Assembly (NCBI GenBank): GCA_963826785.1
Contig: CAWGYD010000006.1
Coordinates: 512,001 to 576,000 of the forward strand
Length of the DNA: 64,000 nt
Source: an uncultured delta proteobacterium
GTDB taxonomy: Bacteria; Desulfobacterota; Desulfobacteria; Desulfobacterales; Desulfosalsimonadaceae
Reading direction: 5' to 3'
Positions 24,107-34,900 of this stretch are shown here, piece after piece (the stretch's first letter is position 1; each line of letters opens with the position of its first letter). A program made the translations under genes and the position numbers. The notes beneath the pieces are model-generated. The model did not search any database and was not told the origin of the DNA. It was given only the letters and a program-made list of their open reading frames with translations.

Positions 24107-24340
24107 GACACCGAAAAGCAATATTATTCTTGATTTTCAATGCCCTTTTCGTCTTAATCATATCAGGGGCAGATATCTGAAACAGGGTTCGCGCCATACC
24201 GGCATTATTCATGGTGCGAAGAGGGATGGGGAAATCGGCTCACCGGTTGAACATCGCCGGTCGGCTTCAGGATCAATGTCTGCGCGTTCGGTGCAGAGCT
24301 GTTGCCCATCGACTGATTCGTATAGAACGGTTTTCGATTT

Positions 24341-24859
24341 ATGCCGGAACTGGTTCCCTTGCTGACAGAAAATGAAATCAAAGAAAAAGTAGCATTGCTT
24401 TCCCGTCAGATTTCCGTCGATTATCAACAGAGAAACCTCGTCATTATCGGTGTGTTAAAGGGTGCCTTCATATTCATGGGGGATCTCGTTCGGCGGATGA
24501 CCATCCCTGTTGAAATCGACTTCATCCAGCTTTCCAGCTACGGCAAAGGCGACACCTCCAGCGGCACCGTCACACTCCGGTCCGATATCTCCTGCGATAT
24601 CCGGGATAAAGATATCTTGATTGTTGAAGATATCGTTGATACAGGATTGACAGTAAACCAGCTGATCAATCACCTGAAGACGTATGGTCCCCGGAGCGTC
24701 AGGGTATGCACGTTCATCGACAAGCGCGAACGTCGGAAGACCGAGTGTCCCGTCGACTATATCGGGCATTCGGTCGACTGCGGTTTTTTGGTGGGCTATG
24801 GACTTGATTATGCCGAACAGTACAGGAATTTGCCGGCTATTTATCATCTAAATTTATAA
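24341..24859 (+). CDS. hpt: Hypoxanthine phosphoribosyltransferase
   Basis: GVLKGAFIFMGDL, SSYG, LIVEDIVDTG, FLVGYGLDYAEQYRNLP. Confidence 0.95.
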   Translation: MPELVPLLTENEIKEKVALLSRQISVDYQQRNLVIIGVLKGAFIFMGDLVRRMTIPVEIDFIQLSSYGKGDTSSGTVTLRSDISCDIRDKDILIVEDIVDTGLTVNQLINHLKTYGPRSVRVCTFIDKRERRKTECPVDYIGHSVDCGFLVGYGLDYAEQYRNLPAIYHLNL

Positions 24860-24875
24860 TTAGCGAGGAAAGAAC

Positions 24876-27731
24876 ATGATTATCACCTGTGAAGCGTGCG
24901 GCACCAGTTTCAAAATAAAATCCAGCCTGATCAAGGATTCCGGGTCCACGGTCAGGTGTTCCAAGTGCCAGCATCTGTTCATCGCCTATCCGCCTGCTAT
25001 GGGCGGCAGCGATACGGACGTGTTTTCGCCAGATGATATCATGGAATCCTCCATTGAAAGCGCCCTCGACAAGGAATTTGCAGAAGAATTTGAATCGGAG
25101 CTGTTTGCCGATGAAGAGGCCACCACGGAACCGGAGCCGCTGGGGGCCACGGTCAGCGACCTGGAAGCCGAAATCGATGCCGATGTCTCGGAACTGTCCC
25201 AGGACATCTCCGGTGAGCTCTTTGATGAAACCCGGTCCCTGTTTGATGAACTGGCCGAAACAGCGGAAAGGGAACCCGAAATTATCATGTCGGATTTGGA
25301 AATTGATGATGACGGCATCATCAATCTGGCCACACTGGAAGAAACATCGAGTCCGGATTTCAGCACCATCAGCTTGAACAGCCTGGAAGATGAAGCCGAC
25401 GACGATGGAGAGGAAATAGATCTGGCGGACCTGGTGGATGAATCGCAGCTCTCCCATAAGACCGTGCCTTTTGATGAACTGGAAGAATATGATGAAGATT
25501 CGGTGGACGAGGAGACGGAAGAATTTGAATTTGAAGACCTGGAAGCGGAACAGGAACTTCAATTCGAAGATACGGTCGAAGACGAATCCGATGTGATCAT
25601 GTTAGATGACGACCTGGATACGCAAACCGATGAAGAGGCGGAGGAATTGGAAGAAGTTGCCGAAACCGGCGCAAAAGATGATTTCGATGGAACACAATGG
25701 GCATCCGCACCCGAAGAGGAAGTCAAATTTGAAACGGAAGGAGGTGTTGATACCGATTTGGAGGATTTTGAATTCGAAAATGAACCCGAAGACGAAAAAT
25801 CCTCTGAAGAGACTGCTGAAACTGCAGGTGGAAACAAAAAAGATGTTGAAGAACCCGGGTTTGAAGAAGAAGCCCTTTCTTTTGATGATGATGCGTTTGA
25901 ACTGGACCTCATCGAGGCAACTGAAGAAGCCACAGCTGAAGTTGAAGCAGTCGAAGACGAGGATTTGGATTTTGAAAAGGAACTGGATACACTGCTTGAT
26001 TTAGATGAAGAAATAACCACGGAAGCCTTGTCTGACGGGGAGGAAGATCTGGATTTCGATCTGGACGCCGAAACCGAAACGGTTCCCGTGGAAGAGATCA
26101 TGGAAGAAGAACCGGAAGAAGCCGAATTGGACCTGGACTTGGATCTTGACCTGGACGGATTCGAAGATTTCGATTTAACTGAAGAAGCCACCGCCGAAGC
26201 CACTGCGGAATTGGCCGATGATCATTCAGTTGACGAGGAATTCGATCTTGACCTGGATCTGGATTCCGAGGAAGAGGCGGTCACTCTGGATTCAGACGAT
26301 GATTTCGAACTCGATTTCGACCTTGAAGCGGAAGAAGCCACAGCCGCATCGGTCGAAAAAGAGGCCACCGAGGACTTTGAACTCGATTTCGATCTGGAAG
26401 GCGAAGATCTGACCCTTGCGGAAAATGAAGTCAGCGAAGAACTTGAACTCGATCTCGACATGGCGTCCGATGAAGAAGCGGTGACCATGGATTCGAGCGA
26501 TGATTTTGAGCTCGACTTCGACCTTGAAGCGGAAGAAGACACCGGAGCAGCGGCTGAAAAAGAGGCGACCGAAGATTTTGAGCTCGATTTTGATTTGGAA
26601 GCTGATGGTGAGACCGTATCCGGATCGGAAGCCACCGAGGATTTTGAACTCGATCTGGATATCGAGCCTGAGGAAGAAGAAGTCGAAACAGCAGACTTTG
26701 AGCTGGATCTGGAAGAAGTAAGCGGGGAAGAAGCCACGGTTGAGGAGGCGGAAGCCGAGGGCGATTTCGAGATGGAAATGGAATCCGGGGCGGCAGCGGC
26801 CAAAACCAGCACGGAAGAAGTCGATCTCTCCGATATCGAGGGCTTTCTGGATCTCGAAGACGTTTCTGAAGCGGAAAAAACGGCCGGGGCTTCGGCTTAT
26901 TCCGGAGAAGAACTGGTCGATTTTACCGTCGAGCCCGAATATGCGAGTTCTGCAAGTGAAGGCGACGAACTCGATATTGACCTTGAAACCATGCTCGATG
27001 AAGAAGAAGAAGCCGAATTCGCCGAAGAAAAGGAAGTCGCTTTAGAAACCTTCGACGAACGGGACAGACGCCTGGAGGAGCAATACCGCCATGAAGAGGC
27101 GGCTGCCCGCCAGCAGGCGATGGCGCCCGAACCCGAAGAAGCGTTCATGGAAGCGGCGGAAGCCGAAGCGGCCATGCCGGCAGCGGCCCCAGCCACCCGC
27201 GAGGCGGTACCGGCCCGGACAAGAAAAGAGCGCCGGCTCAAACCCGTCCTGATCGGACTGCTGGTCCTGGCAATTCTGGCGGCGCTGATCTATGGCGGAT
27301 ACAAATTTTTCAGCGGAAAAGGAGCGGACGTAACCAGCGATGCCGGCAATCTGCGCATCGAAATGGTTGCCAATCCGGCATATGCCTTCGTTGAAAATGA
27401 CGCCGCCGGCGAACTGCTGGTGGTGACCGGAACTGTAACCAACAGATATGACCAACCCCGCAACAGCATTCAGGTGAAGGGTACCCTGTATGATGGCGCG
27501 GGGAAGGTCATCCGGACCGCTACGGCGTACGCGGGAAACATGCTGACGGATTCTGAATTGAAAACCACGGATATGGCAAACATCAAGGCCAGACTGGCCA
27601 ACCGTGAAGGGGACGGGCAGAAGAATGCCGGAGTCAAACCCGGAGAGCAGGTCCCCTTCACGGTGGTGTTTGATAAACTGCCCGCCGCTGCTGAAGAATT
27701 CACGGTGGAAGTGACCCAATCCGCCAAATAA
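24876..27731 (+). CDS. MJ0042-type zinc finger + long acidic repeat linker + TM + DUF3426-like domain protein
   Basis: MIITCEACGTSF...VRCSKCQHLF; long D/E-rich region; TM PVLIGLLVLAILAALIYGGY; C-terminal GELLVVTGTVTN...PFTVVF. Confidence 0.85.
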   Translation: MIITCEACGTSFKIKSSLIKDSGSTVRCSKCQHLFIAYPPAMGGSDTDVFSPDDIMESSIESALDKEFAEEFESELFADEEATTEPEPLGATVSDLEAEIDADVSELSQDISGELFDETRSLFDELAETAEREPEIIMSDLEIDDDGIINLATLEETSSPDFSTISLNSLEDEADDDGEEIDLADLVDESQLSHKTVPFDELEEYDEDSVDEETEEFEFEDLEAEQELQFEDTVEDESDVIMLDDDLDTQTDEEAEELEEVAETGAKDDFDGTQWASAPEEEVKFETEGGVDTDLEDFEFENEPEDEKSSEETAETAGGNKKDVEEPGFEEEALSFDDDAFELDLIEATEEATAEVEAVEDEDLDFEKELDTLLDLDEEITTEALSDGEEDLDFDLDAETETVPVEEIMEEEPEEAELDLDLDLDLDGFEDFDLTEEATAEATAELADDHSVDEEFDLDLDLDSEEEAVTLDSDDDFELDFDLEAEEATAASVEKEATEDFELDFDLEGEDLTLAENEVSEELELDLDMASDEEAVTMDSSDDFELDFDLEAEEDTGAAAEKEATEDFELDFDLEADGETVSGSEATEDFELDLDIEPEEEEVETADFELDLEEVSGEEATVEEAEAEGDFEMEMESGAAAAKTSTEEVDLSDIEGFLDLEDVSEAEKTAGASAYSGEELVDFTVEPEYASSASEGDELDIDLETMLDEEEEAEFAEEKEVALETFDERDRRLEEQYRHEEAAARQQAMAPEPEEAFMEAAEAEAAMPAAAPATREAVPARTRKERRLKPVLIGLLVLAILAALIYGGYKFFSGKGADVTSDAGNLRIEMVANPAYAFVENDAAGELLVVTGTVTNRYDQPRNSIQVKGTLYDGAGKVIRTATAYAGNMLTDSELKTTDMANIKARLANREGDGQKNAGVKPGEQVPFTVVFDKLPAAAEEFTVEVTQSAK

Positions 27732-27932
27732 AAACGGATTTTTTGGCTTGACTTTAAGCCATTCCTGCTGGTAAAGAGCTTTTTCTTACATACGGAATCG
27801 GAGTTGAATATTTCGTAAAACGCCCTATGTTTTTTAAAATGGAGAGGCAAGGGCTTGCCCCCCTTCCGGAGGCGTTTTATTGCAGTGAATAAAGCGATCT
27901 GCATGTCGGGCTTTTTGCGAAGTTTTCAACAT

Positions 27933-28009
27933 GGCGATGTAGCTCAGTTGGTTAGAGCATGCGGCTCATATCCGCAGTGTCCGGGGTTCAAGTCCCTGCA
28001 TCGCCACCA
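27933..28009 (+). tRNA. tRNA-Met(CAT), probably elongator
   Basis: GGCGATG/CATCGCC acceptor with G1-C72; TGCGG-CT-CAT-AT-CCGCA; GTTCAAGTC; A-CCA; Ile2 identity not excluded. Confidence 0.92.
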
Positions 28010-28018
28010 GATCATGAG

Positions 28019-28060
28019 ACAAAGCCTCTCTGGATGACTTCAGAGAGGCTTGTTTGTTTT
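28019..28060 (+). terminator. Terminator after tRNA-Met
   Basis: AAGCCTCTCTG...CAGAGAGGCTT then T-rich tail. Confidence 0.75.
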
Positions 28061-28095
28061 AAGGGAAAGGAAAACGTGAAAGACAGAGCGGCATA

Positions 28096-28476
28096 ATGTT
28101 AACCGGTTTTGAAAAACTCGTGGAAGAGCGGATACAGCAGTCCATGCGAAACGGCGATTTCAGGAATCTGGAAGGGGCCGGAAAACCGCTGAAAGACGAT
28201 GACTTCTCCCGGGTGCCAGAGGAGCTTCGGCTGGCCTATAAGATCTTGAAGAACGCGGATTGCCTCCCCCCGGAAATTGAGCTTAAAAAAGAGATCCTGC
28301 AGACGGAGACGCTTCTGGAAGGGATAAAAGATGAGCAGGGACGCTATAAAGTGATCAAGAAACTCAATTTTCTGATCATGAAATTAAATGCCACCCGGAG
28401 GGGTTCTATTAAATTGGATATGCCGCAGCGCTATGAAATGAAGCTGGTGGACAAAATGGCCGCCGGCAAATCATGA
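28096..28476 (+). CDS. DUF1992-family protein
   Basis: EERIQQSMRNGDFRNLEGAGKPL, LRLAYKILKNADCLPPE. Confidence 0.85.
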   Translation: MLTGFEKLVEERIQQSMRNGDFRNLEGAGKPLKDDDFSRVPEELRLAYKILKNADCLPPEIELKKEILQTETLLEGIKDEQGRYKVIKKLNFLIMKLNATRRGSIKLDMPQRYEMKLVDKMAAGKS

Positions 28477-28537
28477 CCGCTGCGAACGGCAGATGATTTA
28501 ACTGCCCAATCGTAATTTAAATGTGTAGAGTCGGATT

Positions 28538-29008
28538 ATGATTCATTCGGAAAATAATCTCATCAAAAGCCTTCTGGTGGGATCCGCTATCCTGATTTTC
28601 CATGTTCTTCTCCTGTCGGGGATCGGGATTCTGGTCATATTCTTGAGCGGTCTCATCAACTATCTGATATGGATTCTTCTGGGCGGCCTGGGGCTGATCG
28701 GCGGCCTGACTTACCTGGGCATCCGCTATATGCGGAAGCAGGGCGGAATCGCCCTGCACCGGATCCTTTCCCTTCCCGAATTCAGGGGAAAGAATGTGGA
28801 GGTCAACTTCCTGGGGGGACTGGCATCCCTTAAGATCGGCAATGATCAGTCGATGCGGCCGGAAATCGATGCCTTCTCCGCTGAGCGCCGGCTGGAAGAC
28901 CCGGAGACCGCCAGATTGCGGGAACTGACCGCGCTGGCCCATCTGCTGGAAAAGGACCTGATCTCCGGGGAGGAATATGATCGGGCCAAAAAGGCGCTGT
29001 CCGGCTGA
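28538..29008 (+). CDS. Membrane protein with C-terminal SHOCT-like domain
   Basis: Two TM helices; LRELTALAHLLEKDLISGEEYDRAKKAL. Confidence 0.75.
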   Translation: MIHSENNLIKSLLVGSAILIFHVLLLSGIGILVIFLSGLINYLIWILLGGLGLIGGLTYLGIRYMRKQGGIALHRILSLPEFRGKNVEVNFLGGLASLKIGNDQSMRPEIDAFSAERRLEDPETARLRELTALAHLLEKDLISGEEYDRAKKALSG

Positions 29009-29138
29009 TTTTTCAGACCCGTTCCCATCGGATAGTTCTGTTTTTACCTGAGTGCTCCAAATGGCATGGGCGCATTCTGCAGGGAGTTTTTTCAAAGGAT
29101 CTCCATGCATCATATCTACCTATAATAGCTTGCATTAC

Positions 29139-30104
29139 ATGAAAAAAAAACAAATTACGGTGGCCTTGCTGTCCGGGGGAACCTCCTCCGAACGTGAAAT
29201 TTCCATCAGGAGTGGGGAGGAGGTGTACCAGGCCCTGAACCGGGATCGGTATGCGGTTTTGAGGTACGACCCGAAAACCGATATTGCCCGCCTGGTGCAG
29301 GATGCCCCCGCCATCGACATTGCCCTGGTCATTCTTCACGGCATGCCCGGGGAGGACGGCACCATCCAGGGGCTGCTGGATCTGCTGGGCATCCCGTACC
29401 AGTGTTCCGGGACATTGGGTAGTTCCGTGGCCATGAACAAGCTGGCCTCCAAGCATCTTTATGAGAAGGCGGGCATCCGGACGCCCGCCTACGCGCACAT
29501 CCGCAGAGGAGAGGATTTCGATGCGGACGCCTGCATCGACCGGCTGGGGCTGCCCCTGGTGATCAAGCCGGCCAGCGGCGGATCCAGCATCGGCATGACC
29601 ATCGCCAAAAGCGCCGGCGAGTTAATGGACGCTTTTGCCGCCGCCTTTGCCTATGACCGATCCATTCTGGCGGAAGAATACATCAAGGGAACGGAGATCA
29701 CCTGCGGGGTGATCGGCAACCGGGCGCTTCAACCCCTGCCGGTGGTGGAGATCGTCCCCAGGCAGAATCATGAGTTTTTCGATTTCAAGGCCAAGTACAG
29801 CGGCGAAACCGATGAAATCTGCCCCGCCCGCATCAGTCCCGAATTGACCGGCAGGGCCGGCGAGCTGGCCGTGGCGGCCCACCGGGCCCTGTTCTGCGAA
29901 GGGTACAGCCGCACCGACATGATCATCCGGGACGGCGACCTCTATGTGCTGGAGACCAACACCATTCCCGGCATGACCCGTCAAAGTCTGCTCCCCCTGT
30001 CGGCAAAACAGGCGGGGATGAGTTTTTCCGAACTCCTGGACCGCCTGATCGACCTGGGCCTGGAGCGCCACCAGCAGCCCGGAAAAACCAGGGCAAAGCA
30101 ATGA
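29139..30104 (+). CDS. ddl: D-alanine--D-alanine ligase
   Basis: GGTSSEREIS, LHGMPGEDG, KPASGGSSIG, FDFKAKY, ETNTIPGMT. Confidence 0.95.
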   Translation: MKKKQITVALLSGGTSSEREISIRSGEEVYQALNRDRYAVLRYDPKTDIARLVQDAPAIDIALVILHGMPGEDGTIQGLLDLLGIPYQCSGTLGSSVAMNKLASKHLYEKAGIRTPAYAHIRRGEDFDADACIDRLGLPLVIKPASGGSSIGMTIAKSAGELMDAFAAAFAYDRSILAEEYIKGTEITCGVIGNRALQPLPVVEIVPRQNHEFFDFKAKYSGETDEICPARISPELTGRAGELAVAAHRALFCEGYSRTDMIIRDGDLYVLETNTIPGMTRQSLLPLSAKQAGMSFSELLDRLIDLGLERHQQPGKTRAKQ

Positions 30105-30147
30105 AACCGTCATTTATAAACTGATCGACAAATAGAAGAGGGGACCC

Positions 30148-31913
30148 ATGAAAATCCTGATCATCGGAGGCGGCGGAAGAGAGCATGCCCTGGCCTGGAA
30201 AATTTCCCAGAGCAAACAAGTGGACAAGCTCTTCTGCGCGCCCGGCAACGCGGGAATCGAAAACGTTGCCGAATGTGTCCCCATCGACGCGGACGATATC
30301 GGCGCCCTGCTGAAATTTGCCCGTGAAAAATCCATCGACCTCACCGTGGTGGGGCCCGAGGGGCCCCTGTCCGAGGGGATTGTGGATCGGTTTGAAAAAA
30401 AGGGCCTGGCCGTTTTCGGCCCGTCAAAAAAGGCCGCCCAGATCGAGGCCAGCAAATCCTTTGCCAAGCGGCTGATGACCAAGTACGGCATTCCCACCGC
30501 CAAGGCCCGCGCCTTCACCGATTTTGCCAAAGCCCGCGCCCATGTTGAAAAAGCCGACCTCCCCCTCGTGGTCAAGGCCGACGGCCTGGCGGCGGGCAAG
30601 GGCGTGCTGATCTGCAAAACCCGGGAGGATGCCGTCGATGCCGTCACGCTCATCCTGCAGGACAAGGGATTCGGGGCCGCCGGCAGCCGGGTGCTCATCG
30701 AGGAATTCCTCACCGGCGAGGAAGCCTCCTTCATCGCCTTTACGGACGGCACTACCGTCCTGCCCCTTCCCGCCTCCCAGGACCACAAGACCATCTACGA
30801 AAATGACGAGGGGCCCAACACCGGCGGCATGGGGGCCTATTCGCCGGCCCCGGTGGTGGATCAATCCCTGAGCGACAAGATCATGGACACGGTGATGATC
30901 CCCGCCGTCAAAGCCATGGCCGCCGAAGGGCGGCCCTACAAGGGCGTGCTCTATGCCGGACTGATGATCGGCTCCGATCAGATCAACGTGGTGGAGTTCA
31001 ACTGCCGGTTCGGCGACCCCGAAACCCAGCCCCTGCTGATGCGTTTAGAATCCGACCTGGTGGAAGTGATGACGGCCGTGGTGGAAGGGCGCCTGAAGGA
31101 TATCTCCCTTCAAATCGATCCGCGTCCGGCCATCTGCGTGGTCATGGCCTCGGCGGGGTATCCGGGATCCTATAAAAAAGGGATGCCGATCGCCGGCCTG
31201 GAAAATGCCGCCAAACTGGAAGATGTGCAGGTATTTCATGCCGGCACGGCGCAAAAGCGGGGAAGGTCACCGCCGCCGGCGGCCGGGTTCTGGGGGTCAC
31301 GGCCCTGGGCGATACCATTGCGTTGGCCATCTCCCGGGCGTATCTGGCCGTATCGCAAATTTCCTTGGACGGCGCCTGTTTCCGAAAGGATATCGGCAAA
31401 AAAGCAATGGACCGGATCAAGGCGCCGCCCCGGGTGCTCATCATCATGGGCAGCGATTCCGATCTGCCGGTCATGGGCCAGGCCGCCGACATGTTAAAGA
31501 AATTTGACATCCCCTATGAGATCACGGTGGCATCGGCCCACCGGACTCCGGCGCGCGCCATGGAACTGGCCTCTTCCGCACAGGCGAAGGGCATCCAGGT
31601 GATCATTGCCGGGGCCGGGCACGCCGCCCACCTGGCCGGGGTGCTGGCCGCCCACACCACCCTGCCGGTGATCGGGGTGCCCATCGATTCTTCGGCCTTA
31701 AACGGGATGGATGCCCTGCTGTCCACCGTCCAGATGCCGCCCGGGGTGCCGGTGGCCACCATGGCCATTGGAAAATCCGGGGCGAAAAACGCGGGCATTT
31801 TTGCCGCCCAGATTCTGGCCGCGGCCAGTGCCGACCTCCGGATCCGGCTGGAAGCGTTCAAGAAAGAGATGGCGGACCAGGTTGAGCAGAAAGCCCGGAA
31901 ATTATCCCAATAA
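30148..31913 (+). CDS. purD: Fused phosphoribosylamine--glycine ligase (PurD) / N5-CAIR mutase (PurE); frameshift ~31253-31262 inside PurD part
   Basis: GGGGREHA, KADGLAAGKGV, GPNTGGMG, EFNCRFGDPE; second frame has GGRVLGVTA...FRKDIG continuing without stop into IIMGSDSD, SAHRTP, VQMPPGVPVAT. Confidence 0.9.
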
Positions 31914-32550
31914 CGATCGAATCCGGCGCATCGATGCCGATGCGCCGGACCCGGCGGTGATCCACGAGGCCGCGGAAATCATCCGGTCCGGCGGCATCGT
32001 GGTCTATCCCACCCGCAACCTCTATGGCCTCGGCGGGGATGCTTTTTCCCGCAAGGCTGTGCAGCGGGTGTTTGACATCAAGCGGCGTCCCGCGCATAAA
32101 CCCGTTTCCCTGCTGATCAAGTCGCGCAATGTTTTATTTCAATTGGCAGACGATATCCCGACGCTGGCCAAACCATGGATGGACCGGTTCTGGCCGGGGC
32201 ACCTGACCCTGGTGCTGCGGGCCAGGGGCGATGTGCCGGCATGGCTTACGGCCGGGACGGGCAAAATCGGCCTGCGCATCCCCGAACATCCGGTGGCCCG
32301 GGCCCTGGTGGACGCACTGGATACCCCCCTCACCGGCACCAGCGCCAACCTGTCCGGCGGCCCCGGCTGTCATCGCATAGAGGACCTTGCCCCGCAGATT
32401 TGCGCACGGGTCCAACTGATCATCGACGCCGGCCCCCTGCCCGAAGGCGCCGGTTCCACCGTGGCGGACATGACCACCGACCCGCCCGTGGTTATCCGGG
32501 AAGGCGCCGTCCCCCGAAACGTCCTGTTTGACTCATTGGATCTTTTATAA
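31882..32550 (+). CDS. tsaC: L-threonylcarbamoyladenylate synthase (TsaC/YrdC/Sua5); start uncertain (TTG 31882)
   Basis: YPTRNLYGL, KRRPAHKP, WPGHLT, GTSANLSG, GSTVAD, IREGA. Confidence 0.85.
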   Translation: MSRKPGNYPNNDRIRRIDADAPDPAVIHEAAEIIRSGGIVVYPTRNLYGLGGDAFSRKAVQRVFDIKRRPAHKPVSLLIKSRNVLFQLADDIPTLAKPWMDRFWPGHLTLVLRARGDVPAWLTAGTGKIGLRIPEHPVARALVDALDTPLTGTSANLSGGPGCHRIEDLAPQICARVQLIIDAGPLPEGAGSTVADMTTDPPVVIREGAVPRNVLFDSLDLL

Positions 32551-32873
32551 AGATTTTCCCGCTCTTTCTCTCCCTTTCCCTCGTGCCCGTGCACGAAAGA
32601 CTTGGAACGGTTTATCTCATCAGCGGCCAGCAAGATTGAGGGCCTTTTTTTCATTTCAACTTCCCCTTTTCTCACTCCATACTTGATCTATTCCTATATT
32701 TTTATTATGCATATATTTTCACCTTGAATCTGCCATTAAAAAAAAATCAGGTTCATAAAACGGATGTTCTTCAGCATGTACCGGCTGAAGGCGTGAATGC
32801 GGACAAACGACTTAAACCGGTCATATAAAATATTGTTTTTATTCAACTGTCTACCCAATGAAAGGAAAAGATC

Positions 32874-34727
32874 ATGGCGCAGCAGATTGCAGATCGCAGG
32901 GATGTTGATTTCGTCATCTACGAGCAGTTTGAAAGCGAAAAGCTGACGAAGTATCCGCGCTACAGTGACATGAACCGGAAGATGTTCGATATGATCATCA
33001 CGGAAGCGCGCAATTTCGCGATTAAGGAGATTCTCCCGGTGAACGAGGAGGGGGACAAGGTGGGGCTCAAGTTTGAAAACAACCAGGTCACCGTCCCCGA
33101 GTGCTTTCACCGGCCTTACAAACTCCTGTGCGAAGGGGAATGGATCGCCATGACCGAGGACCCGGAGATCGGCGGCCAGGGGCTTCCCCATATTATCTCC
33201 CAGGCGACGGCGGAATACATCGTGGGGGCCGACTTTTCCTTCGGGGCCTTCGGGTTCGCCACCCACGGGGCGGCCAAGATGATCGAGGTATTCGGCACGG
33301 AAAAGCAGAAGGAGTTGTACCTGGGCAAGATGTATTCCGGCCAGTGGACCGGCACCATGGTGCTGACCGAACCCGAAGCCGGTTCCGACGTGGGGGCGCT
33401 GACCACCACCGCGGTGAAAAACGACGACGGCACCTATTCCATCTCCGGCAACAAGATCTTCATCACCTGCGGCGAGCACGACCTGGCGGAAAACATCATC
33501 CACCCCGTGCTGGCCCGCATCGAGGGCGCACCCGCCGGCACCAAGGGAATTTCCCTGTTCATCGTCCCCAAGATCTGGGTGAACGAGGACGGTTCCATGG
33601 GAGAGCCCAACGATGTGGTCTGCACCGGCATCGAGGAAAAACTGGGCCTGCATGCCAGTCCCACCTGCCAGATGACCTTCGGCGGAAAGGGAAACTGCCG
33701 GGGCGTACTGCTGGGCGAGGAAAACAAGGGGATGCGGGTGATGTTTCACATGATGAACGAAGCCCGTCTGGGCGTGGGGGCTCTGGGCCTGTTCAACGCC
33801 TCCTGCGCCTACCTGTACGCGATCAATTACGCCCGGGAGCGGGTCCAGGGCCGGGACCTGGCCGACATGCTCTCCAAGGATGCGCCTTCCGTCAACATCA
33901 TCCGGCACCCGGACGTGCGGCGGATGCTGCTGGGAATGAAAGCCTACACCGAAGGGATGCGCAGCCTGGTCTATTACATCTCCCATCTTTTCGACCGGCA
34001 GGTGCTGGCGGAAACCGAGGCGGAAAAAGCCGAACTGGAAGACTACATCAGCCTGCTGACCCCCATCGTCAAATCCTACTGCACGGACCGGGGGTTTGAA
34101 TGCACGGTCCAGGCCATGCAGGTTTACGGCGGCTACGGATACACCCGGGACTACCCGGTGGAGCGGCTGATGCGCGATTCCAAGATCAACTCCATCTATG
34201 AGGGGACCAACGGGATTCAGGCCATGGACCTGCTGGGCCGCAAGATGGGGATGAAAAAAGGGGCGGTGTTCATGAGTTTTCTGGGCGAAATCCAGAAGCA
34301 GATCGCCCAGGCCAAGGAAACCCCGAAACTGGCCGATCTGGCGGCACAGCTCGAAACCGTGATCAACCGCCTGGGGGAAGTGGCCATGCACCTGGGCAAG
34401 ACGGCCATGTCTCTTGATTTCAAGGTGGCCTTCGCCCACGCCCTGCCGTTTCTCGATGTCATGGGGGACGTGATCATGGCCTGGATGCTGCTGTGGCGGG
34501 CCAACGTGGCCGCGCCCCAGCTGGAGAAGCTCCTGGGCGACGCACAGGGAGAAGAGCGCCTGGAAAAGCTCAACAAGAACAAGAACGCCGCCTTCTACGA
34601 AGGGCAGATCAAATCGGCGGAATACTTCATCCAGACCGTCCTGCCCGTCACCATGGGCCGCATGGATTCCATCCAGGTCGGCAGCAAAGCCGCGGTGGAA
34701 ATCCCCGAAGTCTGCTTCGGCGGATAA
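32874..34727 (+). CDS. Long-type acyl-CoA dehydrogenase (~600 aa)
   Basis: TMVLTEPEAGSDVG, GNKIFIT, EEKLGLHASPTC, QVYGGYGY, IYEGTNGIQAMDL. Confidence 0.93.
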   Translation: MAQQIADRRDVDFVIYEQFESEKLTKYPRYSDMNRKMFDMIITEARNFAIKEILPVNEEGDKVGLKFENNQVTVPECFHRPYKLLCEGEWIAMTEDPEIGGQGLPHIISQATAEYIVGADFSFGAFGFATHGAAKMIEVFGTEKQKELYLGKMYSGQWTGTMVLTEPEAGSDVGALTTTAVKNDDGTYSISGNKIFITCGEHDLAENIIHPVLARIEGAPAGTKGISLFIVPKIWVNEDGSMGEPNDVVCTGIEEKLGLHASPTCQMTFGGKGNCRGVLLGEENKGMRVMFHMMNEARLGVGALGLFNASCAYLYAINYARERVQGRDLADMLSKDAPSVNIIRHPDVRRMLLGMKAYTEGMRSLVYYISHLFDRQVLAETEAEKAELEDYISLLTPIVKSYCTDRGFECTVQAMQVYGGYGYTRDYPVERLMRDSKINSIYEGTNGIQAMDLLGRKMGMKKGAVFMSFLGEIQKQIAQAKETPKLADLAAQLETVINRLGEVAMHLGKTAMSLDFKVAFAHALPFLDVMGDVIMAWMLLWRANVAAPQLEKLLGDAQGEERLEKLNKNKNAAFYEGQIKSAEYFIQTVLPVTMGRMDSIQVGSKAAVEIPEVCFGG

Positions 34728-34749
34728 GTATTTTTTTAAAGGCAATAAA

Positions 34750-34784
34750 GCAAAAAGGGCGGCTGATTCAGCCGCCCTTTTTGC
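34750..34784. terminator. Bidirectional terminator
   Basis: GCAAAAAGGGCGGCTG-att-CAGCCGCCCTTTTTGC perfect inverted repeat between convergent genes. Confidence 0.85.
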
Positions 34785-34900
34785 ATCTTTATAGGGTCAG
34801 AAAAAGATATGAAAAATCCAGGCACCGGAAATATTTTACAGGGGCAAAACCGCCGAGTTCTCCCGGTGAAAAGGGGGGCTGATTATTCCTCAAAATTTAA

